Shown: positions 48,817 through 57,724 of the stretch, in pieces
Numbering within the stretch: the stretch's first letter is position 1
Layout: the number at the start of each line of letters is the position of its first letter
Origin: Microcoleus sp. BR0-C5
GTDB lineage: Bacteria > Cyanobacteriota > Cyanobacteriia > Cyanobacteriales > Microcoleaceae
NCBI GenBank assembly: GCA_036705045.1
Contig: JAUBTR010000019.1
Direction: 5' to 3' (one strand)
DNA length: 64,000 bases
The notes under the pieces: model-generated
Database searches by the model: none
What the model was told of the DNA's origin: nothing
The model's input: the letters and a program-made list of their open reading frames with translations, nothing else
Position numbers and translations under genes: made by a program

Positions 48817-50241
48817 ATGAAAACTACCACAGAAAGCCTGCAGCTCACAGGTTTTGAAGAAATCTTAGAAGACCAGGAACTAACGGTTTCTTCAGCAGAT
48901 TACAGCCTTTTGACCGATCTCTACCAGCTAACGATGGCCGCTTGTTACGTCGGGGAAGGGCTCGACGGGCGGGCCGCGAGTTTTGAGTTGTTCGCGCGCA
49001 GGCTGCCAGAAGGTTTTGGCTACGCGATCGCGATGGGTTTGGCCCAAGTGCTCGACTATCTGGAGAAATTTCGGTTTTCTCAGTCGCAAATTCAGGCTTT
49101 GCAGTCCACTGGGATTTTTGCCGGCGCAGGAGAGCGATTTTGGACTTTACTCGCCACAGCCCGTTTTACTGGCGATGTTTGGGCGGTGCCGGAGGGGACG
49201 GCGGTGTTTGCCAATGAGCCACTGCTGCGAATTGAGGCTCCTCTGTGGCAGGCTCAGTTAGTGGAAACTTATTTATTGAATGCGATAAATTATCAAACTT
49301 TGATTGCGACGCGGGCCGCGCGGCTGCGCGATGTGGCGGGCCCGGAGGCTAAGTTGCTGGAATTCGGGACGCGCAGGGCTTTTGGGCCTCAAGCTGCTGT
49401 TTGGGCGGCTAGGGCTGCCCTGGCTGCGGGCTTCGATGGAACTTCTAATGTTTTGGCTGCTTTGAAGTTGGGCCGCAAGCCTGTCGGTACGATCGCCCAT
49501 GCTTTGGTAATGGCTGTGGCTGCCCTCGAAGGCACCGAGAATCAGGCGTTTGCAGCTTTTCACCGCTATTTTCCGGGGGCGCCGCTGCTGATCGATACTT
49601 ATGATACTGTGGCGGCGGCGCGGATGTTGGCCGATCAAGTAAACAGCGGTGAAATGCAGTTGGAAGGCGTGCGGCTGGATTCGGGCGATTTGGCGGTGCT
49701 GTCTCGGGAAGTTCGATCGATCCTTCCGGGCGTTCCAATTTTTGCTAGTGGTGATTTGGACGATCGAGAAATTGCTAAATTAAAAAGTAGCGGTGCTTGC
49801 ATTGACGGTTACGGTTTGGGAACCAAGTTGGTCAGCGGTTCCCCTGTGAACGGTGTTTATAAGTTGGTGGAAATTGACGGAATTCCGGTGATGAAAGAGG
49901 CAAGCGGCAAGGTAACATATCCAGGAAGAAAGCAAATTTTTAGACATATTGAAAATGGGCAAATTCTCGGAGATTGTTTGGGATTGTCGGGAGAAACTAT
50001 TAAAAATAGCGATGATTACGTACCATTAATGGAGTTGGTTGTCAAGGATGGTAAACAAGTCCAGAACCAGGAAAGTTTGGAGGAGATCGCCAAACGCACT
50101 GCTGCTTCTGTCGCCAGTCTTCGACCCGAAACTCGCCAACTTGACAACCCGATTTCGCCGTCAGTGGAAATTTCAACAGATTTGCAGACTCTCACCCAAA
50201 AAACGAAAAAGAGTCAATCGATTTTAGATTTTAGATTTTAG
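48817..50241 (+). CDS. pncB: Nicotinate phosphoribosyltransferase
   Basis: LTDLYQLTMAACY and GTRRA motifs are conserved NAPRTase blocks. The ORF track starts at 48799; the 3' end reads through into an STRR array. Confidence 0.8.
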   Translation: MKTTTESLQLTGFEEILEDQELTVSSADYSLLTDLYQLTMAACYVGEGLDGRAASFELFARRLPEGFGYAIAMGLAQVLDYLEKFRFSQSQIQALQSTGIFAGAGERFWTLLATARFTGDVWAVPEGTAVFANEPLLRIEAPLWQAQLVETYLLNAINYQTLIATRAARLRDVAGPEAKLLEFGTRRAFGPQAAVWAARAALAAGFDGTSNVLAALKLGRKPVGTIAHALVMAVAALEGTENQAFAAFHRYFPGAPLLIDTYDTVAAARMLADQVNSGEMQLEGVRLDSGDLAVLSREVRSILPGVPIFASGDLDDREIAKLKSSGACIDGYGLGTKLVSGSPVNGVYKLVEIDGIPVMKEASGKVTYPGRKQIFRHIENGQILGDCLGLSGETIKNSDDYVPLMELVVKDGKQVQNQESLEEIAKRTAASVASLRPETRQLDNPISPSVEISTDLQTLTQKTKKSQSILDFRF

Positions 50242-50351
50242 ATTTTAGATTGAAGTCAGTAGTCAGTAGTCAGTAGTCAGTAGTCAACAGTCAACAGTCA
50301 ACAGTCAACAGTCAACAGTCAACAGTCAACAGTCAACAGTCAACAGTCAAC
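50216..50351. repeat. Compound STRR array (GATTTTA)4-(AGTCAGT)4-(CAACAGT)n
   Basis: Three consecutive heptamer repeat types, overlapping the pncB stop region. Confidence 0.9.
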
Positions 50352-50366
50352 AATTACCGATTCCCT

Positions 50367-50966
50367 ATGCAGAAAATTGCTCTTTTTGGAACAAGTGCCG
50401 ATCCACCCACAGCAGGACATAAAACAATTCTGAGTTGGCTTTCGCAACATTTTGATTGGGTCGCTGTTTGGGCGTCGGACAATCCTTTTAAGTCGCACCA
50501 AACTTCTCTAGAACACCGATCGGCAATGCTGCTGTTAATGATTCAAGAAATTAATTCGCCCAGACACAATCTTTGCTTGCATCCAGAACTCAGCAGTCCG
50601 AGGACGGTGGAAACTGTGGAACAAGCAAGATTGCTGTGGCCGAATGCAGATTTGACGCTGGTAATAGGTTCGGACTTGGTGGGGCAACTGTCTCGCTGGT
50701 ACAAATTTGAACAATTGTTAAAACAAGTGGACTTGCTGATAGTACCGCGACCGGGTTATCCGTCAGAACAATTAGATTTGTGGCAGTTGAGGCGCATGGG
50801 TGCAGACGTGGCGATCGCATCTTTGAATGGTCCCAATGTTTCTTCTACCTTCTATCGGGAAACAGGAGACACCCAAGCCCTGACTCCGACCATCGAAGAT
50901 TACATAAATAGGGAGCATTTGTACGCATGGCACGAGGCACGAAAAAGGGCGAAGGTTGCTCATTAG
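50367..50966 (+). CDS. nadD: Nicotinate-nucleotide adenylyltransferase
   Basis: N-terminal GTSADPPTAGH (HxGH-type nucleotidyltransferase motif); about 199 aa. Confidence 0.8.
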   Translation: MQKIALFGTSADPPTAGHKTILSWLSQHFDWVAVWASDNPFKSHQTSLEHRSAMLLLMIQEINSPRHNLCLHPELSSPRTVETVEQARLLWPNADLTLVIGSDLVGQLSRWYKFEQLLKQVDLLIVPRPGYPSEQLDLWQLRRMGADVAIASLNGPNVSSTFYRETGDTQALTPTIEDYINREHLYAWHEARKRAKVAH

Positions 50967-51676
50967 CTGACTTTAAAGTAGGAGTAGATAATGTGATTTT
51001 TTCCGTCGATGCCGTGCAGAACCGCTTGTTGGTACTGTTGGTAATGCGGCAAGACGAACCGTTTATCGATTCTTGGAGTCTTCCCGGTACTTTGGTGCGG
51101 CAGGGAGAGTCTCTTGAAAATGCGGCTTACCGAATTTTGTCTGAGAAAATTCGGGTAAAAAATTTGTATCTGGAGCAATTGTATACTTTCGGAGAACCGG
51201 GGCGCGATCCTCGGGAAATTACCAGGGGCGATCGCTATCTTTCGGTGAGTTATTTTGCTTTGGTTCGCTTTGAGGAAGCTGAGTTAATTGCTGGGAGTGT
51301 AGTGGCGGGTGTGGGCCACCGCGTCGGCGGCATTGCTTGGTATCCCGTGCAACAAGTTCCTAAGCTGGCCTTCGATCACAATCAAATTCTCGAATACGGA
51401 TACCGGCGACTGCGTAACAAACTTGAATACAGTCCGGTAGCTTTTGAAGTTTTGCCGGATGTTTTTACTTTGAGCGATTTGTATCAGCTTTATACAACTA
51501 TTTTGGGGGAAAGTTTTTCTGATTATTCTAATTTTAGATCTCGATTGTTAAAATTGGGTTTTTTGTGCGATACCGGTGTTAAGGTTTCGCGGGGGGCTGG
51601 CCGCCCTGCTAGTTTGTACCGCTTTGATGCGGCCGCTTTTGCTCCTTTCAAAAATAAACCACTGGTGTTTATCTAG
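50927..51676 (+). CDS. nrtR: Nudix hydrolase fused to C-terminal winged-helix domain (NrtR-type regulator of NAD metabolism / ADP-ribose pyrophosphatase)
   Basis: Nudix fold region followed by a wHTH-like C-terminal about 90 aa; located in the pncB-nadD-nadE cluster. The start may lie downstream of the 40-bp overlap with nadD. Confidence 0.6.
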   Translation: MARGTKKGEGCSLADFKVGVDNVIFSVDAVQNRLLVLLVMRQDEPFIDSWSLPGTLVRQGESLENAAYRILSEKIRVKNLYLEQLYTFGEPGRDPREITRGDRYLSVSYFALVRFEEAELIAGSVVAGVGHRVGGIAWYPVQQVPKLAFDHNQILEYGYRRLRNKLEYSPVAFEVLPDVFTLSDLYQLYTTILGESFSDYSNFRSRLLKLGFLCDTGVKVSRGAGRPASLYRFDAAAFAPFKNKPLVFI

Positions 51677-51737
51677 CTGTTACTTGGATGACATTCTGGG
51701 ATCAATTTAGTAACATTAGAATAGAAGCTATTAAGGA

Positions 51738-52040
51738 TTGCAGACGATGAAAGACCCTGATGAATGCGCTAATATTCACGAAGTGCGGGAGGAAATTGAT
51801 ATCATCGATCGAGAAGTGATCGAGGCTTTGAGCAAGAGATTTCAATACGTCATCGCGGCAGCAAGGTTCAAAACGAGTGAAGCTAGCGTTAAATCCTTCG
51901 ATCGCTTTCACGATATGTTACAGCAGCGGCGCGAGTGGGCTCAAGAATCGGGTTTGAATCCTGATGTGGTTGAAAATATTTACCGGGATTTGGTAAATTA
52001 TTATATTGAGGAAGAGTTGAAACATTACAAATCCAAGTAA
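51738..52040 (+). CDS. Chorismate mutase-like (AroQ class) small protein
   Basis: About 100-aa all-helical ORF; REEIDIIDREVIEALSKRF resembles the AroQ helix-1 signature. Confidence 0.5.
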   Translation: MQTMKDPDECANIHEVREEIDIIDREVIEALSKRFQYVIAAARFKTSEASVKSFDRFHDMLQQRREWAQESGLNPDVVENIYRDLVNYYIEEELKHYKSK

Positions 52041-52127
52041 TCTTTCGCTACATTCAAATCTAGGACTATAGGAAAGTGAGTCCGCGCGGGCGGACTGTTA
52101 GCAATATTTATTAGGTGATTTGGTGAG

Positions 52128-53981
52128 ATGAAAATTGCGATCGCACAACTCAACCCTACTATTGGTGATATCTTTGGCAACTCCAACCTAATTCTGGAGG
52201 CTGCGAAAAAAGCTGAGGTTGAGGGCGCAAACTTATTGCTAACACCGGAACTTTCCCTGATCGGTTATCCGCCGCGCGATTTGTTAATCAATCCGAGTTT
52301 CATTGCAGATGCAGGTGCACAGTTGCTGCAACTAGCGCAAGCTTTGCCACCGGAGTTGGCACTCATAGTCGGCACTGCCTTACCTAATGCTAATGCTGTT
52401 AAACTCGGCGGAAAATCATTGTTTAATAGCGCTGTTTTGTTGCAAAATGGCGTGGTCAAACAAGTTTTTCATAAACGCTTGTTGCCTACTTATGATGTAT
52501 TTGACGAAGATAGATATTTTGAACCGGGACAAAACAGCCATTATTTTACTATTGGCAAAGTCAAAATCGGCGTGACAATTTGTGAAGATTTGTGGAACAA
52601 TGAGGAGTTTTGGGGTAAACGCAGTTACGCGGGCGATCCTGTTTCCGATTTGGCAAAATTGGGTGTAGATTTAGTGGTGAATTTGTCGGCATCGCCTTAT
52701 TCTGCGGGGAAGCGGGGAGTGCGATCGGCTATGTTGCAGCACAGCGCCATCCGCTGCGGAATACCGATTGTTTACGCTAATCAGGTAGGCGGAAATGACG
52801 ATATTATTTTTGACGGCAGCAGTTTTGCTGTGAATCGAAAGGGTGATTTAATTCAGGTATTGGCTTCTTTTGAAACTGATTTGGCGCTGCTGGAATATGA
52901 CCCAGCTAAACAAGATTTAGTTGGCAGCGGGAACGGGCAAGATGCCCGTTCCACAACAGATTTGGGATTATGTGAAGGACGACAAAAACTAGGTTCGATC
53001 GGCAGTGGCGTTGGCAGCGGCGGGAACGGGCAAGATGCCCGTTCCACAACAGATTTGAGTTTTCATCCGGCAGAAGGAGATGCCGAAATTTGGGCGGCTT
53101 TGGTTTTGGGAGTGCGAGATTATGTTCGCAAGTGCGGTTTTTCTAAGGTTGTACTCGGTTTGAGTGGCGGGATAGATTCGGCTTTGGTGGCTGCGATCGC
53201 CAGTTGCGCGATCGGGGCCGAAAATGTTCTAGGGGTGTTGATGCCTTCTCCTTACAGTTCGGATCATTCTGTTAACGATGCTTTGGAATTAGCCCGAAAT
53301 CTGGGCATCGCGATCGAACTCTTGCCGATCGGCGATTTGATGAAAACTTACGATCGCACTCTAGCCAATTTGTTTGTCAACACAACTTTCGGGATTGCTG
53401 AGGAAAATATTCAATCGCGGATTCGAGGCAATCTGTTGATGGCAATTTCTAACAAGTTCGGACATTTGCTGCTTTCGACGGGCAATAAGTCGGAAATGGC
53501 GGTGGGTTACTGCACTCTCTACGGCGATATGAATGGGGGATTGGCGGTGATTTCCGATGTGCCGAAAACTCGCGTTTATTCGCTTTGTCGGTGGCTGAAT
53601 TCTGGCGGATATGTAGGGGCGGTGCCCCCGTGCCCGCCCTCTCCGTACCCACACCCGTGCCCGCCCCTGGGAAAGGAAATTATTCCGGTTAATATTATTA
53701 GTAAAGCGCCGAGTGCTGAACTGAAACCGGGTCAAATTGACCAAGATTCTTTGCCTGCATACGATGTTTTGGATGACATCTTGTATCGGTTGATAGAACA
53801 TCACGAATCTGCCCAAAAAATTGTCGCTGCAGGACACGATGAAGCGGTGGTTAAACGGGTAGTAAAATTAGTGAGGCAAGCGGAGTTTAAACGGCGGCAA
53901 GCAGCCCCTGGTTTGAAAATTAGCGATCGAGCTTTTGGTACCGGTTGGCGGATGCCGATCGCCAAATCTTCCTTCTATTAA
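52128..53981 (+). CDS. nadE: Glutamine-dependent NAD+ synthetase (CN-hydrolase + NAD synthetase domains), carrying in-frame repeat insertions
   Basis: N-terminal nitrilase-like domain (MKIAIAQLNP...), C-terminal PP-loop SGGIDSA. 617 aa, about 60 aa longer than usual because of the insertions at 52918-53060 and 53624-53672. Confidence 0.85.
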   Translation: MKIAIAQLNPTIGDIFGNSNLILEAAKKAEVEGANLLLTPELSLIGYPPRDLLINPSFIADAGAQLLQLAQALPPELALIVGTALPNANAVKLGGKSLFNSAVLLQNGVVKQVFHKRLLPTYDVFDEDRYFEPGQNSHYFTIGKVKIGVTICEDLWNNEEFWGKRSYAGDPVSDLAKLGVDLVVNLSASPYSAGKRGVRSAMLQHSAIRCGIPIVYANQVGGNDDIIFDGSSFAVNRKGDLIQVLASFETDLALLEYDPAKQDLVGSGNGQDARSTTDLGLCEGRQKLGSIGSGVGSGGNGQDARSTTDLSFHPAEGDAEIWAALVLGVRDYVRKCGFSKVVLGLSGGIDSALVAAIASCAIGAENVLGVLMPSPYSSDHSVNDALELARNLGIAIELLPIGDLMKTYDRTLANLFVNTTFGIAEENIQSRIRGNLLMAISNKFGHLLLSTGNKSEMAVGYCTLYGDMNGGLAVISDVPKTRVYSLCRWLNSGGYVGAVPPCPPSPYPHPCPPLGKEIIPVNIISKAPSAELKPGQIDQDSLPAYDVLDDILYRLIEHHESAQKIVAAGHDEAVVKRVVKLVRQAEFKRRQAAPGLKISDRAFGTGWRMPIAKSSFY

Positions 53982-54000
53982 ACGCATCATTAAACGCAAA

Positions 54001-54930
54001 ATGGTTAACATCGACGGTACTTTCGGCTTCGATTTTCTCGCGGGAACTCTCAGCAACGATACGATGAGAGGATTTGCGGGTAATGATACTATTCAAGGTT
54101 TGGGGGGAAATGACCGGATTTTTGGCGATCGGGAAAATGACTTGCTAGCAGGAAATGAAGGCGCTGATACGCTGTCTGGTGGGCAGGGAAGCGATACAAT
54201 CTATGGAGGACAAGGTGAAGATGGGATTTTTGGCGATCGGGGTCACGATTTGCTAATAGGCGGCGAAGGCAGGGATATCTTAACAGGAGGGGCAGGCGAT
54301 GATTTATTTGTCATGGAAAAAACCGCCGCCGCATCTACTATTACTCAAGCCGATATAATTACAGATTTTGGCAACGGCAATGATAAAATTGTCTTGACAG
54401 AAGGCATGAAGTTTAGCGATTTAGAGCTTTCTGTTGCCGACAACCAAACTATTATGAAAGATAAAAAGTCTGGGAATTATTTAGGAGTTGTTCCGGGAAA
54501 CCCAAATCTGACTGAATCCAACTTTATGTCGCTGTTTGGGGGGATAGATATGGGTCAGCTTTTGCCAATTTCTGTTAACACGATTATAGCCGATCGCGCG
54601 ATCGCACTAGAAGTGGCGCAAACTCCCCAAGAACAAGCGACAGGTTTAATGTTTCGCACAGAATTGCCAGACGACAGAGGAATGCTTTTCCCGATCGATC
54701 CCGCGCGAAACGTGCGTTTTTGGATGAAAAACGTGTTGATTGAGCTGGATATGGTTTTTCTGCGGGAAGGCGTCGTGCAGGCGATAATTCCTAACGTACC
54801 GCCGTGTTTGAGCGAAACCTGCCCCAACTACGGCCCGGATGTTCCCGTTGACGGAGTTATTGAACTCAGAGGCGGAAGGGCGGCCCAATTGGGACTCAAA
54901 GTTGGCGATCGGATTCCCAATTTACCCTAA
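54001..54930 (+). CDS. Calcium-binding RTX-type repeat protein with C-terminal DUF192 domain
   Basis: Repeated GGxGxDxL nonapeptides (GGNDRIFGD, GGQGSDTIYGG, GGEGRDILTGG, and others). The C-terminal about 110 aa match DUF192. The ORF track start at 53935 overlaps nadE. Confidence 0.55.
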   Translation: MVNIDGTFGFDFLAGTLSNDTMRGFAGNDTIQGLGGNDRIFGDRENDLLAGNEGADTLSGGQGSDTIYGGQGEDGIFGDRGHDLLIGGEGRDILTGGAGDDLFVMEKTAAASTITQADIITDFGNGNDKIVLTEGMKFSDLELSVADNQTIMKDKKSGNYLGVVPGNPNLTESNFMSLFGGIDMGQLLPISVNTIIADRAIALEVAQTPQEQATGLMFRTELPDDRGMLFPIDPARNVRFWMKNVLIELDMVFLREGVVQAIIPNVPPCLSETCPNYGPDVPVDGVIELRGGRAAQLGLKVGDRIPNLP

Positions 54931-55092
54931 AAAGGTAGATGAAATCATGTCTGTTTGATTCGGACTTGTATGATGTTAAATTTGGTAGGGGCCCGTGAGC
55001 CAACAATAATTGCCCATAATCTACAATATAATAAACCCGCCCCCGCCCATACTACCGGACATGATATGATTTGATCGCAGCATTAACCATTT

Positions 55093-55434
55093 GTGCATCC
55101 AATGAATCCTATTGAATTAAAAATAATCCCCCATCAAACTCAAGACGGTTTAGCTTACCAACATTTGCGCTTGCGAATTACCACTCAAGACGGTATCATC
55201 ACACCCGATGATTTACAAGGTTTGAAACTTCCTCAAGACGTTCAATTAAGCCAAGGAATTGTCATTGAAGGTAGAGGAGCAATTTGGCTCTATGGGTATT
55301 TAGTGCACGAATGTCATCCTGCCGCGTGGGTGGGATGTTACGATCCGCGATTAGAAGGTGCCGTGGTAGTAGCGACGCACAAGCACGAGGTATCAGTTGG
55401 ACAGGTATTAAAATTGAGTTTACCAAGCGATTAA
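55093..55434 (+). CDS. Csx3-like small protein (possible cyclic-oligoadenylate deadenylase/Crn3 family), orphan
   Basis: 113 aa with GRGAIWLYGYLVHECHPAAWVGCYDPRLEGAVVVATH, which I recall as the Csx3 core pattern. No CRISPR array or other cas genes are in the window. Confidence 0.4.
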   Translation: MHPMNPIELKIIPHQTQDGLAYQHLRLRITTQDGIITPDDLQGLKLPQDVQLSQGIVIEGRGAIWLYGYLVHECHPAAWVGCYDPRLEGAVVVATHKHEVSVGQVLKLSLPSD

Positions 55435-55580
55435 GACTCTCCTGAGTTTTAGGTGATAATAAATAAAAATAAAACTTGCCTTGGTGGCGGAATCTTAAGA
55501 TCCAGGAGAGTGGTGATTAAATTAGAGCGTTTTGGGTTGAGGGGGTGACAATCCCGTCAGTGCTTTCTGTTCATTGACAC

Positions 55581-56913
55581 TCAAGCGGGCTGAAGCCACT
55601 GAGATTCTGCGGACAAAGCAGCTTTAGGTAACACCCAAAGTTTTACTCTCGCTACGGTGGTCAAGCACCGTCTACACAGTCGGTCAAGCTTTACAACTAA
55701 CTTACTGGCTACTTTTCTTAGAATATTGGCAGCGCCGTTTAGATCTGCATTGATTACAGTTCCATCGGCAGAGCGATACAATCCACGTTTAATTCGTTTC
55801 CCAGATGCTTTCCACTCAGGCGGTTTTTCACCGTACTTGGGTAGGGAGTCTCCATCAAGAAAACTACTTTTAGACGTATAGGCTTCTTCTGTTTCAGTGA
55901 ATTTAATGCCGTACAAATTACACAACTGGCTCAGCCGATCTTTTAATTTTCCTAACGGCATCTGAACAAACTTTTGATTATTCAGTTTACCCATATCGAC
56001 ATTGGATTTGAAACCCTGATTCCATCCAATTACTAGATTTCCAATACCATGCTTTAAGCAGTGGGAGACGATTAACTTCGCAGCTTTATTAATTCCATCG
56101 CGCATTTGGTGATTCCGCTTGCGGGTTACGCGGTCTAGCCAGCTATCCCAGTAGCCCGTGGGCTTTCCTTCCTTTCTAGTTGCTATTTTTTTGTTCCAAA
56201 GTTGATTCATCGCTTTCATGGCGCGAGCATCAATCAAAAAGGAATTTCCGAGCGTATCAACGCAAGCTGCTAAATTATCAGCAGTCCCCAAATCGATTGA
56301 TAACGCTTGGCTATAATCTAAAGCGTGCTGCTGACATTCTACTTCGTAAGACATTTCTAAGTAGAAAGCACCATTCTTCGGAAGAATTGTGAATTCTTTA
56401 ACCTTTGAGTAGTCAATGTTTGACGGCATGGGTAGAAAGAATTCAGAAACCCCTGCGCCAGCGCCGTACTGTTAAACCCAGGGAAAATCTCAACTGGTCG
56501 CCGACAAGCGCTGGCTTTAATCCACCAGAATTTGGATAGGCAACTTTAAACAACTTAGAACCTGTTAAATAGCTCGGAGGCTTGGGTCTAAAATGCAATT
56601 GACCTTTGCCGTACAAAGCTTTTAGCTCTTTGAAACTTTTGAACGCTTCTGTTACCGACATCAAGGTTTGCTGCATGGGTGTTGAAGGCAACGACTTGGC
56701 AACCATCGACTTAGAAATTGACGGTTCAAAAGATAAATCAAACTTCCCTGTCAGCAGTTTTCCTGTTTTAAAAAATGTCTGACGAGTAAAATAAACGGCG
56801 CTATTGTATAACTTTCCAGATTGCCGACAGAGATATTGCAACACGGCTTCAACTTCTTTGGTAGGAGACAGTAATACTTGCTGTACTCCCATTGTTTTTT
56901 TGATTCTAGCCAC
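55581..56913 (-). pseudogene. tnpB: IS200/IS605-family tnpB (RNA-guided nuclease lineage), split by a frameshift and lacking zinc-finger cysteines
   Basis: N-terminal part is ORF 56443-56913 and the RuvC part is ORF 55581-56429, in different frames. RuvC motifs are present (IDLG, E, DLNGAANI) but the C-terminal CxxC pairs are absent. No tnpA. A subterminal hairpin GGGGACTTCAGTCCCC lies at about 57075. Confidence 0.6.
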
Positions 56914-57189
56914 CTCTTTTTCCGATAAATTAGTTGATTTATTTAGTTGAGAGAATTATAGTGGACAAGTCAAGCCACAACAACAAAACTTTATGTTGCC
57001 ACTTCCAGAGTACCAAACCAATAACCACGTCAAGTTCTTGCTTAACTACCATATCATTCTGCTAACTAAGAAAGACACGGGGACTTCAGTCCCCCGAGTC
57101 GCTTTCCTCTCAGGACTAAAGTCACGCTCGTTTCCCGCTTCCCGTATTACTTTTATGAAGTTTTTCGCACCCAAGTTCATCTGGGAGGT

Positions 57190-57480
57190 TTGGGTTTCCC
57201 GAAAGTGACAATTGTCATATTTTACGCCTGGGTGGCAATTGCATACGGATTAGCTTTTAGGAGACAACTTCGCTCGACTCCCTATCCTTTACTGCTGAGT
57301 GGCGTTGGTTTGTTATTTGTTGCCTTTTTTGTAGAAGCGCTGCCTTTAAAAAACGAGATAGTTTCGAGCTTGCTGGAGGGAATACCGAAGCTGTTGAGCG
57401 GGATTAATATTGCACTTTATTTTTGGTTTGTGTCTCAGGGTTTGATAGTCCGATCGCTCAATTTTTCTCACAGGAAATGA
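57190..57480 (+). CDS. Hypothetical small membrane protein
   Basis: Three predicted hydrophobic helices; no homology recognised. Confidence 0.25.
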   Translation: MGFPKVTIVIFYAWVAIAYGLAFRRQLRSTPYPLLLSGVGLLFVAFFVEALPLKNEIVSSLLEGIPKLLSGINIALYFWFVSQGLIVRSLNFSHRK

Positions 57481-57608
57481 AATCCATAATGAAGTAAGAT
57501 GAAGATTTGCCGTTGGGTGGGGGCGGGTTTTTGAGATTGTCTATTTTGGGAAAATATTGTTTGTAAAACCCGCCCCTACATGATTGTATAATCTGTTAAA
57601 ACAGAGAT

Positions 57609-57722
57609 ATTGCACCATTGTCAATTAGCCTTTTATGAACAGGCAAGATGCCTGTTCCACAAAATATAAATTTTCTTGTGGAACAGGCATCTTGCCTGTT
57701 GCTGAAAATAGTGCAAGATATC
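57609..57722. repeat. Nested palindromic hairpin element (same family as 9107-9227) immediately 3' of ureC
   Basis: ATTGCACCATTGTCA...GAACAGGCAAGATGCCTGTTCCACAAAATATAAATTTTCTTGTGGAACAGGCATCTTGCCTGTT...AGTGCAAGAT. Confidence 0.85.
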
Positions 57723-57724
57723 AG

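Noticed and set aside
53935-54000. Upstream start of the RTX/DUF192 ORF overlapping nadE by 47 bp
   Set aside because: The N-terminal 22 residues (MVPVGGCRSPNLPSIKRIIKRK) overlap the nadE 3' end in another frame. The ATG at 54001 (MVNIDGTF…) is the more likely start.
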